Of a stretch of DNA of 64,000 bases, positions 25,837 to 34,655 are shown piece after piece. The notes beneath the pieces were generated by a model. That model was not told the DNA's origin and did no database searches. It saw only the letters and a list, made by a program, of their open reading frames with translations. Positions within the stretch are counted from its first letter, which is position 1. Each line of letters starts with the position of its first letter. The position numbers and the translations under genes are program-made. The stretch is from Patescibacteria group bacterium (GTDB taxonomy: Bacteria > Patescibacteriota > Gracilibacteria > UBA4473): assembly GCA_965660445.1 (NCBI GenBank), contig CBFIAK010000002.1, positions 1 to 64,000 of the forward strand. The letters are read 5' to 3'.

Positions 25837-27210
25837 TTATTCTGTTGTCCCAATAATTACCTGAATGTCTGTAATGTCACTGGCTGTTTTATGTTCAGGA
25901 GATATGGTCATTATTTTATCAGTATTGAATATTTTTTTCAGGATTTTAATGGTTTCTGGTGTTTTTTCTGGGCTATAAACATGTAAAAAACTGGTGAAAA
26001 TAGGCATTTCTGAATCGAAATTTCCAACGTCAATGACATGGAACCCAAGTTTCTTCAGTCTATTTGCAGATTCTCGTGCTTTTCCTGGAAGTCGTGATCC
26101 GTTTAAAACCTCTATTTGTGCGTTCTCAAGTAGTACTTCTGGATGAATGAGTACAAGATCCATAAAGAGTTGTGTTTCTCGTAAGTCTTCAGGAAGTAAC
26201 ACATATCGGCCTCCGTAAAATTCTTTTGCTGGCGTATAAAGATATCCTCCTGGTTTTAGTTGATCATCATTAAGGACCGCCACAACAGAATTATTGTAGT
26301 CAATATTAAGTGCCATTTTAGCCAGTGATATCATTTGCGTTGTGCTAATATCAGTGATGATATTTTGAGTGATTGAATCATAAAACCGTTTCAATTTGCC
26401 CATATCAGTAAAAAGGCTTATGTCTTCTGCTTTTTTTCGGATAGCGAGTAGAATGTCTTGTTGTCGTCGAGCTCTATCATAATCAGATGATGTTTTTCGG
26501 CTTCGTGCGTATCGCAACGCTGTACGTCCATCAATAGTTTGGAGTCCTTTTCGAATGACAAAAGTTGTATATCCATAATTATTATCAGGATAAAAAGGAT
26601 CTTCAATGTCTTCTGGGATAAAAATATCTATCCCGCCAAGAGTATCAATGAGGCTCTCAAACATATGAAAATCAATCACTACACCGTAGTGAATATCAAT
26701 ATTGGTAAAATTAGAAATAGCTTCTTTTACAATACTAAGTCCCTTTTGAGGATCTTTGTATTTATATTTTGCAGATGCATAGACCTCATTGATTCTTCGT
26801 GCACCCATATCTGATTCTACAAATAAGTCTCGAGGGAGGCTTAAAAAAGAAGCAGATGGGTTCTTCGGATTTAAGGAAGCAATCATAATTGAATCCGTGA
26901 GATTTCCTCCTTCATTTCCCTCACCAGCTACACCCAAAAACACAATATTTATATGTTTATTTGTGTCGGTTGAGAGATTCGTAATTGGTTGAAATGCGTT
27001 TCCATTTAAAACATGGTTAATAGTGCCCATTGCCCAAACAAATGACCCTAAAAGTCCAACACCAAGAACAAAAAACCAGATTTTTGATCCACCACAAAGA
27101 ATATGTTTCTCAATCCAGAAAGGAACTTTTTTTTCCTTTTTTTGTTTTATTTTTCTCACTTTAAAATTCATTTCGTGTGGCATAGTATCGCTTTTCTTAA
27201 AAATGGTCAA
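25837..27210 (-). CDS. LytR-CpsA-Psr (LCP) cell-wall glycopolymer transferase with LytR_C domain
   Basis: TM then NIVFLGV, LTDSIMIAS, SLPRDL, ALRYARSRK, SDYDRARRQQ, IEVLNGS. Confidence 0.93.
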   Translation of the reverse strand: MTIFKKSDTMPHEMNFKVRKIKQKKEKKVPFWIEKHILCGGSKIWFFVLGVGLLGSFVWAMGTINHVLNGNAFQPITNLSTDTNKHINIVFLGVAGEGNEGGNLTDSIMIASLNPKNPSASFLSLPRDLFVESDMGARRINEVYASAKYKYKDPQKGLSIVKEAISNFTNIDIHYGVVIDFHMFESLIDTLGGIDIFIPEDIEDPFYPDNNYGYTTFVIRKGLQTIDGRTALRYARSRKTSSDYDRARRQQDILLAIRKKAEDISLFTDMGKLKRFYDSITQNIITDISTTQMISLAKMALNIDYNNSVVAVLNDDQLKPGGYLYTPAKEFYGGRYVLLPEDLRETQLFMDLVLIHPEVLLENAQIEVLNGSRLPGKARESANRLKKLGFHVIDVGNFDSEMPIFTSFLHVYSPEKTPETIKILKKIFNTDKIMTISPEHKTASDITDIQVIIGTTE

Positions 27211-27278
27211 ACTGAATACAAAAATTATTCAAATTTAGAATTTGCATCGTTTTTTGTGTTCGTTTATTATACCGGTTG

Positions 27279-28280
27279 ATGAAAAAAATAATTTTTGCTC
27301 CCGTATTGTTTCTATTGAGTGTTGGGTTTACTCCATCACTTGTGTTTGCGTATAGCGATATTTCTCTTGAAAATAGCCTTTATCCTGCACTTGAGTATCT
27401 TACGACAAAGAAATTCGTTAATGGATATAGCGATGGAACCTTTCGTCCTTCACAACCGATCAATAGAGCGGAAGCCTTAAAAATGATATTGGTAGCAGCA
27501 GAAACACCTCTTTTAGATGAAGGGGAATTACTTTCTGATGTACCAGAAGATGCATGGTTTGCGCCTTATGTTCGGTTTGCTCAAGCGAGAGGTATTGTTT
27601 CTGGAAATGAAGATGGTCTGTTTGTGCCTGATCGACAAGTAAATCGAGCTGAGTTTTTAAAAATGCTATTAGGGGCTTTTGATGTTAACCCAAGTGATTA
27701 TGAACTGAATGTGCAACCAGTTGATGCTCCGCAAGATGCATGGTTTGCACCTCATGTTCGGTTTGCGACAGAGTTTAATATCATTGAAATGGATGGGTTT
27801 CAAAAAGTGTATCCTGCCGAAACACTTACCAGAGGTGGGGCAGCTACTCTGCTCTATAAAACATTAAAAGTCGGTCAAGGCCTTGATGCTCAAACATTAC
27901 TGACACTTACTGAAAATCATTTAGTATCGGCTTTAGAGACACTTCAACAAAAAAACATGTTTCAAGCAGGGCTTCATGTTCAATCGGCACAGTATTTTTC
28001 CAAAGTATCTCAAGGTTTATTGCCCGATAACGAAATTGTCATTGCGGCTCATAATACTACTTCAGCGGTAAATAATTTAGTCGGTGCGTATGTAGCAGCT
28101 GAAAACGTGCAATTAGAAGATGTTATTACCGCCGCAAAAAATGCTTGGTCATTTGCGGATAAAATTCATATGTCAGGAGGACCCAATCTTATGAATATGG
28201 CATTAGAAATTAAGGAACTCGCTGGAAGTATAGCTAATAAAGCTCGTGAGTTACAAAAAACACTGAATACTGAAGAATAA
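27279..28280 (+). CDS. S-layer homology (SLH) domain protein
   Basis: Signal peptide; VNGYSDGTFRPSQPINRAEALKM, DVPEDAWFAPYV, FVPDRQVNRAEFLKM. Confidence 0.9.
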   Translation: MKKIIFAPVLFLLSVGFTPSLVFAYSDISLENSLYPALEYLTTKKFVNGYSDGTFRPSQPINRAEALKMILVAAETPLLDEGELLSDVPEDAWFAPYVRFAQARGIVSGNEDGLFVPDRQVNRAEFLKMLLGAFDVNPSDYELNVQPVDAPQDAWFAPHVRFATEFNIIEMDGFQKVYPAETLTRGGAATLLYKTLKVGQGLDAQTLLTLTENHLVSALETLQQKNMFQAGLHVQSAQYFSKVSQGLLPDNEIVIAAHNTTSAVNNLVGAYVAAENVQLEDVITAAKNAWSFADKIHMSGGPNLMNMALEIKELAGSIANKARELQKTLNTEE

Positions 28281-28291
28281 AAGATGTTTTC

Positions 28292-28326
28292 AAAAAAATA
28301 CCACAGAATATCTGTGGTATTTTTTT
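28292..28326. terminator. Bidirectional terminator between convergent genes
   Basis: AAAAAAATACCACAGA-ATA-TCTGTGGTATTTTTTT. Confidence 0.85.
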
Positions 28327-28373
28327 GTGAATGAATCGAACCTATCGAGTTCTCTTCTTTTTAAAGAAGGGGA

Positions 28374-29630
28374 TTATTTAACGTTGGTATTGAACTTGAT
28401 TTCTCCCACATAACTCGCGTTTTGATCTTCTGAAAACATTCGGATTCGGATTGTCATGTATTGTCCTGGTGTAAAAGTTCCTCCTGTAAAGGTAATCGCA
28501 TTATCGTTCACCCATGTTGTACTTGCGGCAGGAGTGTCTCCACTATCGATACTAGTTACTGGTGAACCATCAGTTCCGATAATATCTACAATTTCAATTG
28601 CATTGTCAGCCAAGTTTGCCGTATCGGTTCGGTAGTCGATTGTGATAGGTGTTGCTTGCCATCCTTGAAAGTTTTCAGGAATAGCCCATTGAAGAATGAT
28701 ATCATAGTCTTGCATTGTATTTCGTCGAGTTGACCATTTGTAGTAGTTTCGGTTTGTTGCTCCATCATGGTCTTATTCAAGTGTTCCAGAATTTGCTGAT
28801 CCGTCAGCTACAATAGTAAAGTTTTGAAACTCTGGAGAAAGTGTAAATGTTCCTGTTCGTGCTGATATATCAGCGAGTGTAATAGACCCATCAGCAATTT
28901 CATCAGTTCCAACAGCACCTGTAGCGATTTCAGAAGCCGTTACTGCATCAGCAGCAATTTCATCAGAGTCTACAGAATCGGTTCCTAAATCATCAGCAGT
29001 AACAGAACCATCAATGATTTGAGCAGATCCAACAGAATCGTTTGCTAAATTGGTTTGTGTAATAGTGGCAGAACCAATATCAGTTCCAGTAACAGACCCA
29101 TCAGCAATTTCATCAGTTCCAACAGCACCTGTAGCAATTTCATCAGAGTCTACAGAGTCGGTTCCAAGGTCATCTGCGGTAATAGTTCCGTCAGCAATAT
29201 CACTACTGGTAATGGATCCAACACCTCCTACTTGAAGCGTTACCCACGTTGTTCCATTACAGTAAAGGAGATCAGAATCAACAGTATTGTAGTACATCCG
29301 CCCTTCTGCTCCAGCGTTACAAGCCGTTGGATCAGCAGCGAGTTTCTCCACAATAAAGTTTTGAAGTTCTTGAGCACTTAAATTCAATGAATCACTCAAG
29401 ATGAATGTGTCTGTCGATACGTCGTATCGCAAACGATTTGTAAGATCCGACCCGAAAGCCAAATCAATAAAAGTAGTAGACGCTCCTTCCCGATCAATTC
29501 GGTATGATTCAGAAGCAGTCCCGTCATCTTCTGTTGTGAAGATAAGACGTGCATTTGCAGTAGATACTGCGAGTACCGATATAATACATATCAATACAAT
29601 GTTACGAAAACGATAGGTGATTTGTTTCAT
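28374..29630 (-). pseudogene. Secreted fibre/adhesin-like repeat protein interrupted by one in-frame TAA (28773-28775)
   Basis: ORFs 28773-29630 and 28374-28715 are in the same frame; read-through gives ...GTLE*DHDGATNRNYYKWSTRRNTMQDYDI..., collinear with the neighbouring paralogue 29791-31044. Confidence 0.8.
28860..29220 (-). repeat. Intragenic tandem 30-bp (10-aa) repeats with a larger duplication
   Basis: Units such as SVTADDLGTD/SVDSDEIATG/AVGTDEIADG; DNA block TCAGCAATTTCATCAGTTCCAACAGCACCTGTAGC occurs at 28891 and 29101. Confidence 0.85.
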
Positions 29631-29761
29631 TTGTGTTTTGGTTTAAAAAATAAGCAAATCCGAGTATTGTACTCTAAAATTTGCTTTTTTTCAATTATTA
29701 TGACTTGCCTTGTTTCTTATTTTGTGTTTTATGTATTTTTTAAGAAATAGCCGTTTTGTTT

Positions 29762-29790
29762 AGAAAACCCCATATATATCGGGGTTTTCT
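29762..29790 (-). terminator. Stem-loop terminator after the 29791 gene
   Basis: AGAAAACCCC-N9-GGGGTTTTCT. Confidence 0.6.
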
Positions 29791-31044
29791 TTATTGTCCA
29801 ATGTATCGAATTGATATATTACTGATGTGGGCAATATTGTTTTGAGTGGCATTCATTTTTACTTTAAAGACGAGCGTATCATCGTTATCCCATGTGGTTG
29901 ATGGTTCAAGGGTAAAGATTTGAGTGATCCATCCATTATGAGAAAGGTTGAGTCCATTCCCGTTTATTTGATCAGTTCCAATCTCATCACTTTTCTCAAG
30001 AACAATGTCGAGCTTTGAATCGGTAAGAAGTCCTTCTGTTTTGTAGAGTACCTCTATTTGGTTATTACTTTCAAACCGAATGAAATCTTCTGGAAGATTA
30101 TAGTGAATTTGCATATCGTAGTCTTGTATCGTTACTTGTTGTGTACTCCATTGAATAGTTTGGTAGTTTATACCTGCATTATCTTCACTGTCTTCATACA
30201 TAGAACCTTTATTATCACTTCCATCAGCAAGAAATACGGTATTTGGATAATGAGGACTGAGTATTTCTTTTTTTGATTTTTCACCAACACTCACGCTATT
30301 TATAGTTCCAGAAACCACTAAGTCGCCTGTGATAGATACGGAATCATTAAATTCAAATTGATTTAGGAGTCCGTTCCAAGAAATAAGCTTTCCAATAGTA
30401 TTTCCAAACTGAAGGCTGAGTGTATCTGTTGGATTTGCATTACCGTCTCTATCAAGTGTAAATATATTATCGCTTACTCCGTTTGGAATTATAGTGTCGG
30501 GAAGTTTCCCAGTTCCGTCTGTGTAGGGAATGTTATTCGCTCCCATTCCGACTTCTCTGTTACCAACTTTCCCAGCATTAAGTGCATAGGGGCTTTTATT
30601 AAGTTCACGTCTATTCTGAGTTGGTTTTGAGGAGATGTCTATTTGTTCGTAACTGCTTTCTGGGTTTTCGTTTGATTTAATATCGATATGAAGAAATATA
30701 TTTGGTTCATCTGAGAATATATTTATATCAATTGGGTTTATACTTCCCAGATAAGAAACAAACATTCCTCGATCTTTTTCGGCAATAGTAACGGTATGTG
30801 TTTCATTCCATGCCAAGTAATCAGGAGCTAATGTATTTATTATACCACTGGCAATATCTCCTGCTTGGGTATTTGCATTTCTCCAAAGACTGAATCGAAT
30901 ATCAAAGGTTCCTTCACCATAGTTCCCAAGAGTGTCTTGAATACGTCCTTGATATTTTATTTCATGATTTGCTTTTACAATTTGAGGTATAATCCCTGTT
31001 GTGATGATGCAGAGTGTAATGATGATAGTTTTTATTGTATTCAT
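29791..31044 (-). CDS. Secreted surface/fibre-like protein, paralogue of the interrupted gene
   Basis: Signal peptide; N-terminal IKYQGRIQD...FDIRFSLW and SPYALNA; C-terminal domain LSP.....ADGS.N.G...WST...QDYD shared with 28374-29630. Confidence 0.8.
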   Translation of the reverse strand: MNTIKTIIITLCIITTGIIPQIVKANHEIKYQGRIQDTLGNYGEGTFDIRFSLWRNANTQAGDIASGIINTLAPDYLAWNETHTVTIAEKDRGMFVSYLGSINPIDINIFSDEPNIFLHIDIKSNENPESSYEQIDISSKPTQNRRELNKSPYALNAGKVGNREVGMGANNIPYTDGTGKLPDTIIPNGVSDNIFTLDRDGNANPTDTLSLQFGNTIGKLISWNGLLNQFEFNDSVSITGDLVVSGTINSVSVGEKSKKEILSPHYPNTVFLADGSDNKGSMYEDSEDNAGINYQTIQWSTQQVTIQDYDMQIHYNLPEDFIRFESNNQIEVLYKTEGLLTDSKLDIVLEKSDEIGTDQINGNGLNLSHNGWITQIFTLEPSTTWDNDDTLVFKVKMNATQNNIAHISNISIRYIGQ

Positions 31045-31079
31045 TCTATTATTGAAATATTATTTTTGTTTGTTTCTTT

Positions 31080-31433
31080 TTAAGAAAGTGATTTCTTTTT
31101 TGTGTTTCTTCGAAGGAAAAGCATGAATATAAGAATTACATTCACAATTTGAAGTCCTGCAAGGTAAAGCACACTGGTTGTGTTTAAGAATGTGCTTTCT
31201 TTTGATGTCTCAATATATTTTGCGATATGAGAGAGGAGTCCTGCATCGATCATAACTTTCATTCCTAAATTTTTTTCTTGAACGATATAAACATTGGAAG
31301 AAGATGGAGCGACTGATTCGATATTTGAGAGACTGACTGTTTGAGTTGTCTCATATTGAGCAAATGTGTCGTTCTGTGGAACTAATAGTGTGATAGCACA
31401 CAGAGTGAAGATAAATGAAGAAATGTATTTCAT
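31080..31433 (-). CDS. Small secreted protein with C-terminal TM anchor
   Basis: Signal peptide ending TFA; C-terminal hydrophobic helix plus RRNTKKK. Confidence 0.7.
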   Translation of the reverse strand: MKYISSFIFTLCAITLLVPQNDTFAQYETTQTVSLSNIESVAPSSSNVYIVQEKNLGMKVMIDAGLLSHIAKYIETSKESTFLNTTSVLYLAGLQIVNVILIFMLFLRRNTKKKSLS

Positions 31434-31469
31434 GGTATAAAAGGGGATTAGAAAGAATAGAAAATAAAA

Positions 31470-32396
31470 TTATTTTTTTGGTTTTTGGATTCCTTTTTCT
31501 TCTTCTGGCTTATCATCTTCATCAAAGAAGAGATAGAGAAGAACAAAGAGTGTCATAATTTGTAATACGAGAAGAATTGATGTTAGTTTTTTAATGTCTC
31601 CGTTTTTGAGTGTTACGTGGTCGAGTCCTGCAAGGAAGTGTTGTAATATAGTGTCATCAAGGAATATAACTTGAATTTCATCTGTATTTTCTGATGATGG
31701 AATCATTATTTCTTCTGTTTGTGTTTCTGGGACTGGTTGTAATGTATTGTCTTGTGTTTGATCATTCTCTTCTTGAAAGTCTTGTATATTTGATCGTGTT
31801 GCGAGATCATCGTCATTGGTTTGTATATTCCCAGTATTATAATCGGTATTGGTGATTGTCTCTTCGTTCGTTTCAATATTCGTATTGTCACTGACGATTT
31901 CATTGTTTCCTTTTTCGTTTTTTTCAGGTGTATTTGTTTGCTCGTCTGGAATTTGTGTTTCTGGGGTATTGGTCGGATTTTCTGTTTTTGGGGCAGAAGC
32001 AAAATATTGGTCATATTCTTCTTCTGTATTTTGAACAATGAGATTTTCTTTTTGTGTACTTAGTTCTTCGTATTTTTGTTCGAGTACCCAATTTGCAGCG
32101 TTGTATTTGCTGTTGTCATTTTCGGCAACTGAATCTCTGACTCCGTTTCCACTATTTCCTCCAAGAGGTGTATCTTCTTGAGGTTGAGTGTTGTTTTCTG
32201 TTGGAGGAGTTGAATCGTCTTCAAATGAAAAAGAATTTACGACTAATATATCAGCCACTTCACCTTCGATATTTCCGCCATGATCAGTTATAAAATCAAC
32301 CTCGTCATGGGTAATGCTCCACGCATTGGCGTAAGGCGTTATACTCATATACCCTATTAAGGTGAGCAAAAGAAGTTTTTTGGAAAGACTATTCAT
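31470..32396 (-). CDS. Secreted acidic low-complexity protein with C-terminal TM anchor
   Basis: Signal peptide ending ANA; E/N/T/Q-rich stalk; C-terminal TM LTSILLVLQIMTLFVLLYLFF. Confidence 0.75.
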   Translation of the reverse strand: MNSLSKKLLLLTLIGYMSITPYANAWSITHDEVDFITDHGGNIEGEVADILVVNSFSFEDDSTPPTENNTQPQEDTPLGGNSGNGVRDSVAENDNSKYNAANWVLEQKYEELSTQKENLIVQNTEEEYDQYFASAPKTENPTNTPETQIPDEQTNTPEKNEKGNNEIVSDNTNIETNEETITNTDYNTGNIQTNDDDLATRSNIQDFQEENDQTQDNTLQPVPETQTEEIMIPSSENTDEIQVIFLDDTILQHFLAGLDHVTLKNGDIKKLTSILLVLQIMTLFVLLYLFFDEDDKPEEEKGIQKPKK

Positions 32397-32513
32397 GAGA
32401 TATAAAAAGATAAGAATTGAAAGAGTTTTTCTGACTAAAAATTTAAGTCATTAGAATATTTTAACATAAATTTGCATAAATAGCAATAATATTATTTATT
32501 AAATAAACATGGC

Positions 32514-32541
32514 TTGATTTTTTATAGAAACCAATTAGTAT
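32514..32541 (+). promoter_or_regulatory. sigma70 promoter of rnpB
   Basis: TTGATT ... TAGTAT ending ~6 nt before the P1 helix. Confidence 0.6.
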
Positions 32542-32547
32542 TTTTGA

Positions 32548-33102
32548 GCTCTTTGTTATGTCGCCTAATGAATTTTGGGAGGAAAGTCCGAGCCACACAA
32601 AAGATATCAAGACCGCTCACGGCTGGTGCGTCGTTGATGATTCGAGTATTCTATTGATATATCTATGACACATGAGAATGTGGTGATGTAGAATATTGGA
32701 ATGATTGGAATTGCGATTTTGTCCATGAAAAATGATGAGAGAAGAAGGAAGAGTCTTCGAACGAACAATTTTCATGAGAGGAGGAGATGATGAAAAAAAA
32801 GAGAATTTTGCGGAGCAAAATAGAATGTTGGAATCATCGACGACGACGGATAGTGGCACAGAAATCAAACGATCCCGATTTATCGGGAGGTCGGTGAAAT
32901 AAAAAACAGGTCATGCTGTTTTTCTGGTATATCGCAAGGTATATCAGTGCTAAACCCCTTGAGTGGAGAGGCAGGTGGCGTTTCTTTTAGGAGATGTGTC
33001 TTTTCATCTGTGATCGAAAGAAACTCCTGCTGATGACTTCTCGCATAGAGAAGATGTAAGATAAATGACATTTAAAACAGAACTCGGCTTATCGCAGAGA
33101 GC
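32548..33102 (+). ncRNA. rnpB: RNase P RNA (bacterial type A), unusually long (~555 nt)
   Basis: P1 GCTCTTTG/CAGAGAGC; GAGGAAAGTCCGAGC; AGTGGCACAGAAA; GGTGAAA; P13 and P14 hairpins; CTAAACCCC; AGATAAATGAC; ACAGAACTCGGCTTA. Confidence 0.95.
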
Positions 33103-33106
33103 ATAT

Positions 33107-33135
33107 AAAAAAAAGGAGATTTTCTCCTTTTTTTT
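33107..33135 (+). terminator. Rho-independent terminator of rnpB
   Basis: AAAAAAAAGGAGA-TTT-TCTCCTTTTTTTT. Confidence 0.85.
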
Positions 33136-33182
33136 ATACATTCGATTCTTGATTCTTGTTTTATTTCTCGTAGTATGGATGT

Positions 33183-34610
33183 ATGAAAAAGTATTTCACG
33201 ACGCCTATTTATTATGTGAATGACGTGCCACATATCGGACATGCTTATTGCACGCTTGCAACCGATACTTTAGCGCGATATTGGCGAGAGAAAATTGGAA
33301 ACAAGAACGTTTTCTTTGTCACTGGGACCGATGAAAACTCTCAAAAAACGATTGATGCCGCTCAATCATCAGGGAAAGATGTTTTTCTCTATTTAGATGA
33401 AATGGCTCATGTCTGGAGAACAACGTGGGAGCAGTGTGGTGTTTCATTTGATGATTTTATTCGTACTACAGAAGATCGTCATGTTCAGACCGTACAATCT
33501 ATTCTCCAGCAGATGTATGATCGTGGTGATATTTATAAAGGAATATATAAGGGATTGTATTGTACGGGGTGCGAAACATTCTTAAAAGAATCAGATTTAG
33601 ATGAAAATAAACATTGTCCGGCTCATAAACGACCTCCACAAGAAATAGAAGAAGAAAACTATTTTTTTAAGTTGTCTTCTTACCAAGACGATTTATTGGA
33701 TTTATATGCCAATAATACTGAATTATTATATCCAGAGAAGAGGAAGAATGAAGTCTTGAGATTTATAGAGTCAGGACTTGATGATATATCTATATCAAGA
33801 GAAAAAGCCGAATTTGGTATTTCTCTGCCTTGGGATTCGTCACAAAAAGTCTATGTATGGTTTGATGCATTACTGAATTATTTAACGGTTGTCCGTGACA
33901 CAAAAAAAGAATCATTTTGGAATTCTGCTCATCATGTACTCGGAAAAGATATCACAAAATTTCATTGTATTATCTGGCCAGCAATGCTTATGAGTGCTCG
34001 TTTAAAATGCCCTGAGAAAATGTTAGCTCATGGTTTTTTTACCGTTGATGGAGTGAAGATGTCAAAAAGTTTAGGCAATGTTGTTTCGCCTTTGCAGTTA
34101 TCTGAAAAATATGGAAATGATGCTTTGAGATCAGGTTTATTATCGAGTTTTGAGTTTGGAAACGATGGAGATTTTTCGATTTCTCATTTTGAAGATTTTT
34201 ATCAAAAAAAATTGGTGAGTGGATTCGGAAACGTAACACATCGAGTGTTGACGCTTATTCATAAGTTTTTAGACGGAAAAAAGCCGCGCGTTGATACCGA
34301 TTATACTCTCTCGGTTCGAAAAGAATATCATCGACTTATTGAACATTACAAACTCAAAGGTGTTTATGACCATTTTTTTCAGGTTGTTGATTTTACGAAT
34401 GAACGGTTGAATCAAACAGAGGTTTGGAAACTTGCAAAAGAAAACCCAGAATCGGCATTTCTGGTTTTTGCTGAATTATATCAATACATAGAATTCTTAT
34501 CAGAGATGTCGGTTGTGCTTTTTCCTGATGCTGCTCAAAAATTAAAAATCATATTAGGCAATGAAGACTCTCTTAAACCTTCTCAATATTTGTTTCCATC
34601 TCTTGAATAA
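33183..34610 (+). CDS. metG: Methionine--tRNA ligase (short form)
   Basis: YFTTPIYYVNDVPHIGHAY, GTDE, YCTGCE, VYVWFDAL, GKDI, KMSKS. Confidence 0.98.
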   Translation: MKKYFTTPIYYVNDVPHIGHAYCTLATDTLARYWREKIGNKNVFFVTGTDENSQKTIDAAQSSGKDVFLYLDEMAHVWRTTWEQCGVSFDDFIRTTEDRHVQTVQSILQQMYDRGDIYKGIYKGLYCTGCETFLKESDLDENKHCPAHKRPPQEIEEENYFFKLSSYQDDLLDLYANNTELLYPEKRKNEVLRFIESGLDDISISREKAEFGISLPWDSSQKVYVWFDALLNYLTVVRDTKKESFWNSAHHVLGKDITKFHCIIWPAMLMSARLKCPEKMLAHGFFTVDGVKMSKSLGNVVSPLQLSEKYGNDALRSGLLSSFEFGNDGDFSISHFEDFYQKKLVSGFGNVTHRVLTLIHKFLDGKKPRVDTDYTLSVRKEYHRLIEHYKLKGVYDHFFQVVDFTNERLNQTEVWKLAKENPESAFLVFAELYQYIEFLSEMSVVLFPDAAQKLKIILGNEDSLKPSQYLFPSLE

Positions 34611-34655
34611 AGAAAAATGAGTTGATCTTTTTTTTACACATATACATACACACAC

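Noticed and set aside
28773-28775. Stop-codon reassignment explaining the in-frame TAA
   Set aside because: TAA terminates many intact genes in the window and no second in-frame case was found
28860-29220. CRISPR-like periodic repeats
   Set aside because: Repeats are in-frame 30-bp coding units with no unique spacers and no cas genes
29538-29552. ARLIF in the 28374-29630 gene as another RF-type leader
   Set aside because: It follows a normal hydrophobic Sec signal with an ANA cleavage site, so the context differs
32787-32897. 36-aa basic ORF (MMKKKRILRSK...) with AGGAGG upstream, starting inside the RNase P insert
   Set aside because: Runs through universally conserved RNase P residues; SD-like words are expected by chance in a purine-rich loop and this genome rarely uses SD
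32617-33071. Minus-strand ORFs 32617-32868 and 32880-33071
   Set aside because: Antisense to rnpB; no coding features
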